A DNA stretch of 64,000 bases from an uncultured Patescibacteria group bacterium (GTDB taxonomy: Bacteria > Patescibacteriota > Microgenomatia > UBA1400 > PJMF01), in assembly GCA_905478415.1 (NCBI GenBank), contig CAJQIG010000004.1:267523-331522 (forward strand), read 5' to 3'. The notes below the pieces were generated by a model. The model ran no database searches. It saw nothing but the letters and a program-made list of their open reading frames with translations, and had not been told where the DNA came from. The position numbers and the translations under genes are program-made. Shown here one piece after another: positions 41,172-51,015 of this stretch (position 1 is the stretch's first letter; every line of letters starts with the position of its first letter).

Positions 41172-41861
41172 CTACCAAGCATGAACTAAGAGCACCATTC
41201 CCCAAATAGCTTGAGAAAGCACCAGTGCATATGCATTCTTTCGGTCATAAAAGAGCAGTGCTTGGCCCAGACCAAAGAGCCCTAAAATAAAAATCTGTGA
41301 AACAATCTGCATTCCTGAAAATCGTAAAAATATATTTGGAATATGGAAGAGTAAGAAAATACTGGCTGTCATCATAACCATCTTGAGCATTGACCATTTT
41401 TTGTACTTTTCCATCAGCACTGTCATCACAAAACTGAAGAATAACAGTGTTTCCCAGAAACTAGTCAACAGTGCCAAACTGAATTCTTTCCAGAACTCAG
41501 GTGAATCAAAGAGAGCTACTGCTTCAACCACCGCGCCACTTTGAGAGAGCGCTAAAATTGACATCACAAAACCATAAATACCGCCAATTGCAATTCCTAA
41601 CATTAGGCCTTCCCGAAGTTTAAAGGAAGCAAAACTGTCAGTTATTTTTTCAAATCCAGTAACGGTGACATACACCCAAACTGGTAATCCGAAGAAGATT
41701 GCCTTCCCCACCGTTTCATCAAACCAAACAGGAAAAATAAATAAACTCCTATACAACAACCAAAGAATTAAAACGAGCGTCAGCAACGGAAAGAAGATAA
41801 CGTGTCTTGAAACGACCGCTGTGGTTCTTTTTTTCCGTGTGTTATTTTTTTGTGATGGCAT
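41172..41861 (-). CDS. polytopic membrane protein, possibly a degenerate CPBP (CAAX protease/Abi) family member
   Basis: At least six TM helices and an FLLFH (FxxxH-like) motif. The canonical EExxxR motif is not evident. Confidence 0.35.
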   Translation of the reverse strand: MPSQKNNTRKKRTTAVVSRHVIFFPLLTLVLILWLLYRSLFIFPVWFDETVGKAIFFGLPVWVYVTVTGFEKITDSFASFKLREGLMLGIAIGGIYGFVMSILALSQSGAVVEAVALFDSPEFWKEFSLALLTSFWETLLFFSFVMTVLMEKYKKWSMLKMVMMTASIFLLFHIPNIFLRFSGMQIVSQIFILGLFGLGQALLFYDRKNAYALVLSQAIWGMVLLVHAW

Positions 41862-42474
41862 CTAAAACTATTTTTAGGGTTTCCTGTTGGTTGTGTGAAT
41901 ACGTATCTATAATTACATCGTAAAGTTCTGGGCGCCAAAAATCAATTGGATCTTCTGCACTCACCGTGCCCGGTTTGACCACCCATTCACGCCATTCCTG
42001 CTTATACATGCGCGTCCACTTGGCTAAATTCTCAGCATATCGCTTGTTCATGTTCGCAATTGCATCTTCTGCTCGCACATTATCTCTATTGACCACACGA
42101 TCAACTTTGACAGCTTTATCGGTACATGTCATCAGAACTTTGAGTGTGCCAGGAACTTGTTGAGCCATAAATCCAGAGAGCCAAGACTCTAAAATCCAGT
42201 ATTCTCCTTCGGATAATTTTGCTCGCATCCCCATATCGACTTCTCTATCAAAATCATCTTCATAATGGGTTGAACTGTGATGTAAGTTCCCATTTTCCTG
42301 GAACAAGCCTTTTTCTTTTGCATAGGCGCGCATAAACTCACCGCCACTAAAACCAGTCCAACCACCAAATTTGAGGATGTTGTTTCTTTTAAGAAGTTTT
42401 AACAAAGTAGTCGAACCACTCCCTGGAAGTCCAGAAATGGTAATGTTTTTATAAGCATACTTTTTTTTCGGCAT
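41842..42474 (-). CDS. P-loop kinase of the cytidylate kinase-like family (Cmk-2-like); not the canonical Cmk
   Basis: Walker A ITISGLPGSGSTT, and a C-terminal YDVIIDTY segment resembling the Cytidylate_kin2 family. A canonical cmk is also present at 49499..50224. Confidence 0.55.
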   Translation of the reverse strand: MPKKKYAYKNITISGLPGSGSTTLLKLLKRNNILKFGGWTGFSGGEFMRAYAKEKGLFQENGNLHHSSTHYEDDFDREVDMGMRAKLSEGEYWILESWLSGFMAQQVPGTLKVLMTCTDKAVKVDRVVNRDNVRAEDAIANMNKRYAENLAKWTRMYKQEWREWVVKPGTVSAEDPIDFWRPELYDVIIDTYSHNQQETLKIVLDAITKK

Positions 42475-42567
42475 CCTGTTCTCTTCCTAAGTACAGTTTT
42501 TACGAATAGACTCCTTTCTGAAGACAAGGAGTCTGATACAAACAAATTATAGTCCTATTATACCCAC

Positions 42568-43056
42568 TCAAGAACTACTACACAAGATTGCTACGCGAAT
42601 TGCTGATAGCACTTTTTCCAAACGCCTTTGTGTTTCTTCTAAAGTCATTCTTGAATCCTTTAGTGGAAAGAAGTGAAAAACTTGATTACGACAAACAAGC
42701 CAAGTGTCCCACAGCTCAATGGCAACTTCTGTGCCACAGTGTTTTGAGACGTCGTCATAGAGCCAGTATTCGTCTCTACCTTTTGGATGAATATCTGGGT
42801 TGAGAGCTCGACCAATACGAAACCGCTTGCCTTCGTATGTTTTCTTTGAAATCAGACCTTGTGTAAAAAAATAATGTTTTAGAAATCCTTCATATGCTTT
42901 GGCTGCCGAAAAAAGAACGAATGAATAGTCGGAGTATGCTGTTTGCTCTTCAACTTCGCGTTGAAACAAGTCAAGCGAAAGCCTGAGTAGTTCTTGCGGT
43001 CTCCGAGGAATCTGAGCAAACCAGTGCTCGGTGGTAATTTCATGCATACTAAACAC
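42568..43056 (-). CDS. hypothetical protein with a HEPN-like Rx4H motif (RNQVFH); possible RNase/toxin-like
   Basis: 162 aa. The helical region AAKAYEGFLKHYF and the R-x4-H motif near the C-terminal third are reminiscent of HEPN domains. Support is weak. Confidence 0.35.
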   Translation of the reverse strand: MFSMHEITTEHWFAQIPRRPQELLRLSLDLFQREVEEQTAYSDYSFVLFSAAKAYEGFLKHYFFTQGLISKKTYEGKRFRIGRALNPDIHPKGRDEYWLYDDVSKHCGTEVAIELWDTWLVCRNQVFHFFPLKDSRMTLEETQRRLEKVLSAIRVAILCSSS

Positions 43057-43171
43057 TATACTACAGCCTCAATCTAGGACCAGACTCGAAATAACGTTCC
43101 AACTGAGAAAATCTTTGATACACTATACTAAACCACAATACAGCAATGGTATACTTGTGTGTCAAGACACT

Positions 43172-45568
43172 ATGAAACATTTTTTCACCACACTAAAAAG
43201 AAAAATCAGAAGAAAGAAAAAAGCCTATACCTTTCAGGAAATTCTTTTAGGCAGTACCGAAGAAATTAAAGAACGTAAAAAACGTTTCGCTCACTTTCCC
43301 AAACCACTCAGGATCCTCTTCATTGTGCTCTTCAGCCCAATCTCTTGGCTCCTCTTATCATTCTTTTTCTTACTTACCGTTGTCGGCTTACTCTATCTTT
43401 TAAAGGATTTGCCTTCGCCTCGAAGAATCACTCAAGGAAATGAAAACTTTGCCGTCAGTAGTCAAATTTTTGATCGAAACGGAACCCTCCTCTACGAAGT
43501 ATTTGCTGACGAAAATCGCATTCCAATAAAAGTAGATGACTTACCTCCTTATGTGTACCAAGCTTCAATTGCTATTGAAGATAAAAACTTCTACTCTCAC
43601 TTTGGGTTTGACCTTGTAGGAATTACCCGCGCTATCAAAACAAACTTAGAAGGGGGTCGACTCGAAGGCGGTTCAACCATCACCCAACAGCTTGTAAAAA
43701 ATGCACTCCTGACCAGAGAACGATCAATTCAGAGAAAACTCAAGGAGGCCATTCTAGCTGTGTTCACCGAAATAATTTATTCTAAAGAAGAAATTCTAGA
43801 AATGTACCTTAACTACATCTCGTATGGCGGCACATCGCTGGGTATTGAATCGGCAGCTCAAACCTACTTTGGAAAACCCGCAGCCGAACTCAGCCTTGCC
43901 GAATCAGCCCTCTTAGCTGGCCTGCCACAAGCCCCTAGTCGCTATTCACCTTTTGGCTCTGACCCACTAGCCGCTAAAAATCGCCAACAAGAAGTGCTCA
44001 GAAGAATGGTTGAGGATGGTTATATTACTGAGTTGCAAGCAGTAGAAGCTCAAGCTGAAATTTTAAACTATGCAATTTCCCAAACTGACATCAAAGCCCC
44101 CCATTTTGTCTTTTATGTCAGAGATCTGCTCTTTGACATGTTTGGCGAAGAAACCGTCCAAACTGGAGGACTCAGAGTCTATACAACGCTTGACCTTGAC
44201 CTTCACGAAGTTGCTCAAGCCTCACTGTCAGCCGAAATTGATCGCTTGGACCGCTACCGAGTTGGCAATGGTGCCGCCCTTATTCTCAAACCAAACACTG
44301 GTGAAATTTTAAGCATGATCGGCTCGAAAGATTACTTTGATGCTACTGACGAAGGTCAAGTCAATGTTACCCTTGCGCAACGCCAACCAGGTTCTTCCAT
44401 TAAACCAATTATGTATGCAACCGCTATGGAGCTTAAAGAACTTAATCCTGGCTCAGTTTTAGTTGATACACCCACCTGTTTCACAGTTCCTGGTCAAAAA
44501 CCATACTGTCCCAAAAACTATGACGGCTCTTACAAGGGACCCGTCACCATTAGAGATTCGATTGGAAACTCACTTAACATCCCCGCTGTCAAAGCCCTCA
44601 GAATTATTGGTGTCGAACCGTTCATGATCCAAGCAACCAAAATGGGTATTACTGGTTGGGATAACCCGGCCAACTATGGACTCTCTCTGACATTGGGCGG
44701 TGGTGAAGTCAGAATGATAGACTTAGCCCAAGCTTTTAGTGTTTTGGCAGACCAAGGTGTCAAAGTCCCTCTCACCCCAATCCTCAAAATTGAAGATTAC
44801 AAAGGAAACATCCTCCAAACCTTTGATCCTGAAGAAATGAAAGAAACACTAGAGTACTTAAACCAACACGAAACAGTACTAGAAAAAAATGGGGCAACTC
44901 GAGTTATGCATCGTGCTCCTGCCTACCTCACCAGCCACATTATGCAAGATAACAATGCTCGAAAACTTGCCTTCGGCCCACGCTCTGAACTCGTCATCCC
45001 CAACCAAGTGGTCAGTGCGAAAACAGGCACTACTAATGATCTCAAGGATAACTGGACTGTTGGCTTTACACCTGACTTTCTAACCATTACCTGGGTTGGA
45101 AATAATGACAGTTCACCAATGAACCCCTATCTTGTCAGTGGTGTAACTGGGGCCGCACCAATCTGGAATGACATTATGTCTTACATCCTCAGAGACAAAG
45201 AACCAAATTGGCAGGAAAAACCGGAAGATGTTGCTAGTGGGTTTGTTTGTGCTTCGGGATTTCCAAGTAGCTCTCAAGACCAATGTCAGGGTCGTTACAC
45301 AGAACTCTATTGGGCAGAGAGCAATCCATCATATGCTCGTCTCGTCAAAGAAAATGTCTGGATTAACCCTCAGACAGGACTCCCTCCAGAACCAGGACAG
45401 CAAGTTGATGGCCTGATTCTTCAAGAAAGAACTATCTATGCTGACCCACTCACCTTTGAAAATCAATACTGCGAAGATTGTGTCAGAGCCACCTCGGAAG
45501 ATGGTAAAACTCAATATGAACAACGAGTTGTTCCAAATACACTTCCGGTCAAACACGTGGACGAATAA
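43172..45568 (+). CDS. class A penicillin-binding protein (bifunctional GT51 transglycosylase/transpeptidase), PBP1A-like. Start set at MKHFF.
   Basis: GT51 motifs IAIEDKNFYSHFG and GGSTITQQLVKN, and transpeptidase SSIK (SxxK), SLN (SxN) and KTGTT. N-terminal TM helix. Confidence 0.9.
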   Translation: MKHFFTTLKRKIRRKKKAYTFQEILLGSTEEIKERKKRFAHFPKPLRILFIVLFSPISWLLLSFFFLLTVVGLLYLLKDLPSPRRITQGNENFAVSSQIFDRNGTLLYEVFADENRIPIKVDDLPPYVYQASIAIEDKNFYSHFGFDLVGITRAIKTNLEGGRLEGGSTITQQLVKNALLTRERSIQRKLKEAILAVFTEIIYSKEEILEMYLNYISYGGTSLGIESAAQTYFGKPAAELSLAESALLAGLPQAPSRYSPFGSDPLAAKNRQQEVLRRMVEDGYITELQAVEAQAEILNYAISQTDIKAPHFVFYVRDLLFDMFGEETVQTGGLRVYTTLDLDLHEVAQASLSAEIDRLDRYRVGNGAALILKPNTGEILSMIGSKDYFDATDEGQVNVTLAQRQPGSSIKPIMYATAMELKELNPGSVLVDTPTCFTVPGQKPYCPKNYDGSYKGPVTIRDSIGNSLNIPAVKALRIIGVEPFMIQATKMGITGWDNPANYGLSLTLGGGEVRMIDLAQAFSVLADQGVKVPLTPILKIEDYKGNILQTFDPEEMKETLEYLNQHETVLEKNGATRVMHRAPAYLTSHIMQDNNARKLAFGPRSELVIPNQVVSAKTGTTNDLKDNWTVGFTPDFLTITWVGNNDSSPMNPYLVSGVTGAAPIWNDIMSYILRDKEPNWQEKPEDVASGFVCASGFPSSSQDQCQGRYTELYWAESNPSYARLVKENVWINPQTGLPPEPGQQVDGLILQERTIYADPLTFENQYCEDCVRATSEDGKTQYEQRVVPNTLPVKHVDE

Positions 45569-45600
45569 AATCGTGCTATGCTACACAAAAAAGTAGAGTC

Positions 45601-46884
45601 ATGCAAAAACTGTTTAAAAAAGAAACGCTACCAGGTGCACCAAAGCCAAAACCTCAAAAACCACACCGTTTTTTCACAAAAATAAAGGTTAGCGTCTTAC
45701 TTTTTTTAACGCTCTTATTTGCCTTTCTCGTCACTGTCTGGTTCTTTGCTGAGGAACCGCTCATGTCCCCAATTAATTCTTTAACCAGTTTTAGTTTCTT
45801 GAGAAGTCCAAGTCATGACCCTGAAAACAAAAAAGTTATCTATGGATTTTTACCGTACTGGAACTTAAAAAAAACAATTATCCAACCCGAGCTCACCCAC
45901 CTCTCATATTTTGGCCTCACTATTGGCGGGGATGGATCACTGCTTACCTCTACAGATGAAGGAACAGAACCAGGCTTTAATAAACTCAAATCAGACGATT
46001 TGCTCACTCTGAGCAACGAGACTCTGGGCCAAGGCGGTGAAGTCGAACTCGTCCTCTCCCAATTTAACGGAAACGACATTACAAATTTCCTTGCAAGTGA
46101 AAAGGCTCAAGATACGCTGTTCGCCTCACTTGATAGTGTCCTGCTCGCATATCCATTCAGTGGTATCAACATTGATATTGAGTTAAACGGTTCGGCTACG
46201 CCACAGATGCAAACCCAATTTACTGAGTTCATGAAAAAACTTCGTCAACATATTGACCATACCTATACTGACATTACTATTAGTGTGGATATGTATGCCA
46301 GCGGCATTGAGGGCGGACAAATCTGGGATGCTGAGGCTCTCGCTCAAGAGGTAGATTATATTGTTGTCATGGCATATGACTTTCACCGACGGCAGTCAGC
46401 TCAAGCTGGACCAGTGGCTCCACTTTTTGGAGGCAAGGATGTCTGGGAAAACGATATCAACACCTACCTACAAAAATTTTTAATTGTTGTCCCTGCCGAA
46501 AAAATTCTGCTCGGCATTCCTTTTTATGGATACGAGTGGCAAACCACTTCTCGCGATTCTCGCTCTCACACCTTCCCAGACACCGGGAGCACAGCCAGTT
46601 ACGAACGAGTCCAAGAACTCCTTAAAAAATCAGAAGAACTCAAAGTCGAAGAAGGTTGGAATGAAGATGCACTCTCCCCCTACATTTCATACGTTGAAGA
46701 CAATGAAATTTTTGTAGTGTATTACGAAAACTCTCGTTCTATCTCGTATAAACTAGATTATGTTAATCAACTTGACTTGGGTGGAGTAGCCATTTGGGCA
46801 CTCGGGTATGAAGGTTCTTCAAGAGAACTTTGGGAAGTTATTCATAATAAAGTGTCAAACCCGATCGCAACTCCTTCTAAATAG
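45601..46884 (+). CDS. GH18-like glycosyl hydrolase family protein, membrane-anchored (chitinase/YaaH-like fold)
   Basis: N-terminal TM, and the segment YPFSGINIDIELN resembles the GH18 DGxDxDxE catalytic motif (first Asp replaced by Asn, Glu retained). The YGF..YW start is typical of GH18 barrels. Confidence 0.55.
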   Translation: MQKLFKKETLPGAPKPKPQKPHRFFTKIKVSVLLFLTLLFAFLVTVWFFAEEPLMSPINSLTSFSFLRSPSHDPENKKVIYGFLPYWNLKKTIIQPELTHLSYFGLTIGGDGSLLTSTDEGTEPGFNKLKSDDLLTLSNETLGQGGEVELVLSQFNGNDITNFLASEKAQDTLFASLDSVLLAYPFSGINIDIELNGSATPQMQTQFTEFMKKLRQHIDHTYTDITISVDMYASGIEGGQIWDAEALAQEVDYIVVMAYDFHRRQSAQAGPVAPLFGGKDVWENDINTYLQKFLIVVPAEKILLGIPFYGYEWQTTSRDSRSHTFPDTGSTASYERVQELLKKSEELKVEEGWNEDALSPYISYVEDNEIFVVYYENSRSISYKLDYVNQLDLGGVAIWALGYEGSSRELWEVIHNKVSNPIATPSK

Positions 46885-46973
46885 TCTTTTCTAGTACTTA
46901 CGGTATTTTATTGTCTCTTGGTCTATGTTATTATCAGCACAGACAGTCAACAAAGCCGTACATTCAGCATTTC

Positions 46974-49328
46974 ATGGAGAAGCATACATTCAACTCACCG
47001 TTTTTAGATTTTTATTGCAAAAAATGCTCTCAATCCTTTGCACTTCTCTACTTCTACAAGCACTACAAACGCACTCAAAAACAAGCATTACTTAAGAAAA
47101 AAGCTGCTTCAAATCGAAGACGTTGGAAAAGAAAGCTTGCAAGCCTACAACAACTACTGCCAAAGAAAAAACGTAAGCGAGGACGGCCAAAGAAGAGAAT
47201 CAATCTCTGGCAACGCTTCACAACTACGTTCATATTCGACTATTTTTCATCATTTTTTATTACTTTAAAAGTATTTCCGGTAGCTGTGTTTTCTGTACTT
47301 CTGATTGCTATAGGAATTTTAGGTGGCATACAAGTTACTTATACCGAAATTTTTGAAGATCTCCCGGTACCAGAGGAGCTCACAAGTTCCCCATTACCAG
47401 TATCAACAAAAATATTAGATCGAAATGGGCACATTCTGTATAGTATTTATGAAGAAGAAAACAGAACCATTATTCCGCTCACAAAAATTCCAGTCTCACT
47501 TATCCAAGCAACTATCGCCATTGAAGACCAAGATTTTTATAACCATTATGGTTTTTCTCTAAGAGGTATTATTCGAGCTTTTCTTGCAAACCAACAAGGC
47601 AGCTCAACTCAAGGTGGATCGACACTGACACAACAACTGGTTAAAAACCGACTCCTTTCGCCAGAAAGAACTCTGAGAAGAAAAATAAGAGAACTCATCG
47701 TATCCATTCTTGTCGAAACAACCTATTCCAAAAATGAAATTTTAGAGATGTACCTTAACCAAGTCCCCTACGGAGGCTCGACCTATGGAATCGAAGAAGC
47801 CTCGCAAAAATTTTTCGGTAAGAGTGCTCAGTACCTCACCCTGAGTGAAAGCGCGCTCATTGCTGGCCTACCAGCAGCTCCCACAATTTTTTCGCCCTAC
47901 GGATCAAACCCTGAGCTAGCAAAAAATCGCCAAGTTGAAGTACTGCGTCGCATGGCCGAGGAAGGCTTTATCTCACAGGAAACTGCCGAAGCGGCGGCGG
48001 CTGAAGACCTACATCTCACCAAGAACACAATCGACATAGAAGCCCCACATTTTGTTATGTACATTCGGTCACTACTTTCAGAACGATATGGCGAAGAGGC
48101 ACTCAACAACAACGGCCTCATCATCACAACTACGCTCGACTTGCCAACACAAAACGCAGCCCAAAAAATTGTAACCGAAGAAGTGGGAAAAATTGCCCGA
48201 CTTAGAGTAAGTAATGGAGCAGCCCTCGTCACCAATCCTCAAACTGGTGAGGTTTTGGCTATGGTTGGGAGTGCAAACTACTTTGATTTTGAACATGATG
48301 GTCAAGTAAATGTCACCCTTCGACCTCGTCAACCAGGCTCATCTATTAAACCTCTCACCTATGCGCTCGCACTTGAAAAAGGAGCCACTCCTGCAACATA
48401 TATCGATGATGCTCCAATTACTTACACCAGTAAAGGCTCACCCCCCTATAGTCCTAAAAACTATGATGGTAAGTATCACGGTCAAGTTACTCTGCGGGAG
48501 TCTCTTGCCTCCTCATACAATATCCCAGCAGTAAAAACGTTGGCAGATGTCGGAGTACCAACGATGCTTGAAAGAGCCCCCGATTTTGGTATTACAACCT
48601 GGGATGACCCTCGCCGCTTTGGACTGTCACTAACCTTGGGAGGTGGTGAAATTTTAATGACTCAAATGGCTGAGCTCTACGGCACTTTTGCAAACGAGGG
48701 CAAACATTTGTACTTGAACCCCATTATCGAAGTTAAAACCTATGATGGTACCATTCTCTACCAAAATATCTGTGTCCTCGAAAAAAAGTGCCAATCTCAA
48801 GAAGCTATTAAACCAACTATTGCCTACCAGATTACCGATATTCTCAAAGATAACCAGGCCCGCACTCCAGCTTTTGGACCTCAATCAACACTTTCCATTC
48901 CCGGCCAAGAAGTCGCTGTCAAAACAGGAACCACAAATAACCTTCGAGATAACTGGACTATTGGATATACCTCAGATCGCTTAGTTGCTGTTTGGGTTGG
49001 TAATAATGATAATTCATCCATGAGTTACGTAGCGTCCGGAATTACAGGAGCATCTCCTATCTGGAATAACATTATGAGAACTCAATTGGATGAAGAAAAT
49101 CCACATGTATTCACAGTCCCAACAGGAATAACCTTTGCAGAAATTTGTGCTCGAACATCAATGGGGATGAGAAAATACAGTGAAGCATTCTTACTTGGAA
49201 GTAAAATAGAACCGCGGTGCTTCACTAAAGAAAACACTTTTTTACCTCCCATAAAAGAAGCGGTTCCTCAACTTTACCAAGAAAATACCCATAGTAATAC
49301 TACAAGAACCAGATTAACGCCCCAATAA
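46974..49328 (+). CDS. second class A penicillin-binding protein (PBP1A paralog) with a Lys/Arg-rich cytoplasmic tail. Start assumed at the ATG (MEKHTF).
   Basis: IAIEDQDFYNHYG, GGSTLTQQLVKN, PGSSIKPLTY, SYN and KTGTT. The listed ORF begins with a TTG at 46911; the first ATG is at 46974. Confidence 0.9.
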   Translation: MEKHTFNSPFLDFYCKKCSQSFALLYFYKHYKRTQKQALLKKKAASNRRRWKRKLASLQQLLPKKKRKRGRPKKRINLWQRFTTTFIFDYFSSFFITLKVFPVAVFSVLLIAIGILGGIQVTYTEIFEDLPVPEELTSSPLPVSTKILDRNGHILYSIYEEENRTIIPLTKIPVSLIQATIAIEDQDFYNHYGFSLRGIIRAFLANQQGSSTQGGSTLTQQLVKNRLLSPERTLRRKIRELIVSILVETTYSKNEILEMYLNQVPYGGSTYGIEEASQKFFGKSAQYLTLSESALIAGLPAAPTIFSPYGSNPELAKNRQVEVLRRMAEEGFISQETAEAAAAEDLHLTKNTIDIEAPHFVMYIRSLLSERYGEEALNNNGLIITTTLDLPTQNAAQKIVTEEVGKIARLRVSNGAALVTNPQTGEVLAMVGSANYFDFEHDGQVNVTLRPRQPGSSIKPLTYALALEKGATPATYIDDAPITYTSKGSPPYSPKNYDGKYHGQVTLRESLASSYNIPAVKTLADVGVPTMLERAPDFGITTWDDPRRFGLSLTLGGGEILMTQMAELYGTFANEGKHLYLNPIIEVKTYDGTILYQNICVLEKKCQSQEAIKPTIAYQITDILKDNQARTPAFGPQSTLSIPGQEVAVKTGTTNNLRDNWTIGYTSDRLVAVWVGNNDNSSMSYVASGITGASPIWNNIMRTQLDEENPHVFTVPTGITFAEICARTSMGMRKYSEAFLLGSKIEPRCFTKENTFLPPIKEAVPQLYQENTHSNTTRTRLTPQ

Positions 49329-49545
49329 GAACTGTCAAAAATAGTAAAAAAGGTGCAACCATTTTTTCCAACTTTTCTGCTCGCTGCTTCTTCCGCTTGA
49401 GTTCTTTACGCTCTTCACGAAGCCGCTCCTTTTCAAGCTTTCGCTCTTCAATCTCATCAGTTAACGCTTCAATTTCTCTAGGTGTTGGCATAATATTTTT
49501 AATGGTTAACAGTAGCTTGGGAACCTTGTACAGACTGCATGACAC
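49300..49545 (-). CDS. small coiled-coil protein with C-terminal TM (tail-anchored), weakly supported
   Basis: Charged heptad region EERKLEKERLREERKELKRKKQRAEKLEK followed by a hydrophobic tail. It overlaps the 3' end of the PBP gene. Confidence 0.25.
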   Translation of the reverse strand: MSCSLYKVPKLLLTIKNIMPTPREIEALTDEIEERKLEKERLREERKELKRKKQRAEKLEKMVAPFLLFLTVLIGALIWFL

Positions 49546-50224
49546 GAACCTTATTCACAATCAGCTCAACAACTTGGCCTATTTTTAAGTCACTCGTATC
49601 TATGACCCAGGCGTCATCAACAATCCTGAGTGGATCATTCACTCGTTCCATATCATTATGGTCTCGAATTTTAAGTTCTTTAAAAACTTCTTCGTACGTA
49701 ACATACTCTCCGTGTTGCAAACTTTGAAGGTGGCGACGCTTGGCTCTCACCACATCAGAACCTGTTAAGTAAATTTTTAAGTTGGCATCTGGCAACACAC
49801 GGTAAGTTATATCTCGACCTTCCATAACCACATCTTGAGCTCTTGCAATAATCTGCTGCTTCTCAACAAGAACTTGTCTTACTCTTGGCAGGCGTGCTAC
49901 CAAAGATACTTTTGAACTAATTTTTTCTGTTCTAATTGCCCAAGAGACGTCCTTTTTATCCACTAACACCGTTGTTAATCGACCATCTTTTTCATACTCA
50001 GTAGGATTCCTCATCTCGATGAAACCAGAGCGGATGAGTCGAACAATGGCATCTTCATTAGCAAGATCTGTCCCTGCCTCAATTGCCATAAGTGTAGCAA
50101 CACGATACATAGCGCCAGTATCGACGTACAGAAAACCTAACTGGTCAGCCACAAGACGAGAGATCGTGCCTTTTCCAGCCGCAACAGGACCATCAATAGC
50201 AATCTCAAAATGGCTAGAGGACAT
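49499..50224 (-). CDS. cmk: cytidylate kinase
   Basis: IAIDGPVAAGKGTISRLVADQLGFLYVDTGAMYR is the canonical bacterial Cmk N-terminus. Confidence 0.85.
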   Translation of the reverse strand: MSSSHFEIAIDGPVAAGKGTISRLVADQLGFLYVDTGAMYRVATLMAIEAGTDLANEDAIVRLIRSGFIEMRNPTEYEKDGRLTTVLVDKKDVSWAIRTEKISSKVSLVARLPRVRQVLVEKQQIIARAQDVVMEGRDITYRVLPDANLKIYLTGSDVVRAKRRHLQSLQHGEYVTYEEVFKELKIRDHNDMERVNDPLRIVDDAWVIDTSDLKIGQVVELIVNKVRVMQSVQGSQATVNH

Positions 50225-50226
50225 AG

Positions 50227-50466
50227 TTATTTCTTTTTAGAGGTTCTTTTTTTAGTTTTCTTTGCAGCTTTTTTTGGTGTTTTCTTTGTCGAAGTGTCAA
50301 CAATCCATTCTTCACGATCAGATGTTAACAGTCCACCAAGTCCAACTACAATCAAAATAATCGGCCATAAATTCCAAAATGCTCGAGGTAACATGCCGAG
50401 GTTTGAAGCTAAGAAAATGAGACCTAAAATTACCATTGCTACTGGCCAAAAAACATTTTTAGGCAT
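50227..50466 (-). CDS. small two-TM membrane protein with a Lys-rich C-terminal tail
   Basis: 79 aa. Its stop abuts the cmk start (50224/50227). Confidence 0.45.
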   Translation of the reverse strand: MPKNVFWPVAMVILGLIFLASNLGMLPRAFWNLWPIILIVVGLGGLLTSDREEWIVDTSTKKTPKKAAKKTKKRTSKKK

Positions 50467-50539
50467 ATGTGACTCCTTTTTTATAGGTACGTACTAAACT
50501 ACAGGTTTAAATAAGTATAATCAAAACTAAACAAGAATA

Positions 50540-50989
50540 CTAGCTATATTTTATTTCTCTTGCTAAGTCCCGAGCTTGATCTCTCTTTTTGATTCTTTCT
50601 CGCTTCTCGTACTTCTTAAGTCCTCGTCCCACCGCTACTTTAACCTTAATAAGGTTTCCTTTGAGTTCAATGCTCAGTGGAACTAACACAATTTTTTTCT
50701 GTTCTTCTGCTGAACTCAACTGAGAAATTTCTTTTTTCGTTACTAATAACTTACGCGTCCGCTTAGGATCATAAGAGCTTTGATCTGCAAACGAATAAGG
50801 TGAAATTTGAGCATTAATCAAGAAAAGCTCATTTTGTAAAATTTTGACATAACTCCCCATCAAACTTCCTTGACGCAAACGAAGACTTTTGACTTCAGCG
50901 CCAGAAAGGACAATACCAGCATAAAAGGTTTTGCTAATATCGTATTCAGAGCGGGCTTTTTTATTCGAAACTAATACCATACCGACCAT
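50540..50989 (-). CDS. smpB: SsrA-binding protein SmpB
   Basis: NKKARSEYDI...YAGIVLSGAEVKSLR...ELFLINAQISPY is the SmpB signature. Confidence 0.9.
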   Translation of the reverse strand: MVGMVLVSNKKARSEYDISKTFYAGIVLSGAEVKSLRLRQGSLMGSYVKILQNELFLINAQISPYSFADQSSYDPKRTRKLLVTKKEISQLSSAEEQKKIVLVPLSIELKGNLIKVKVAVGRGLKKYEKRERIKKRDQARDLAREIKYS

Positions 50990-51015
50990 TATACCAGGGA
51001 ACTGAGGAAGTAAGA

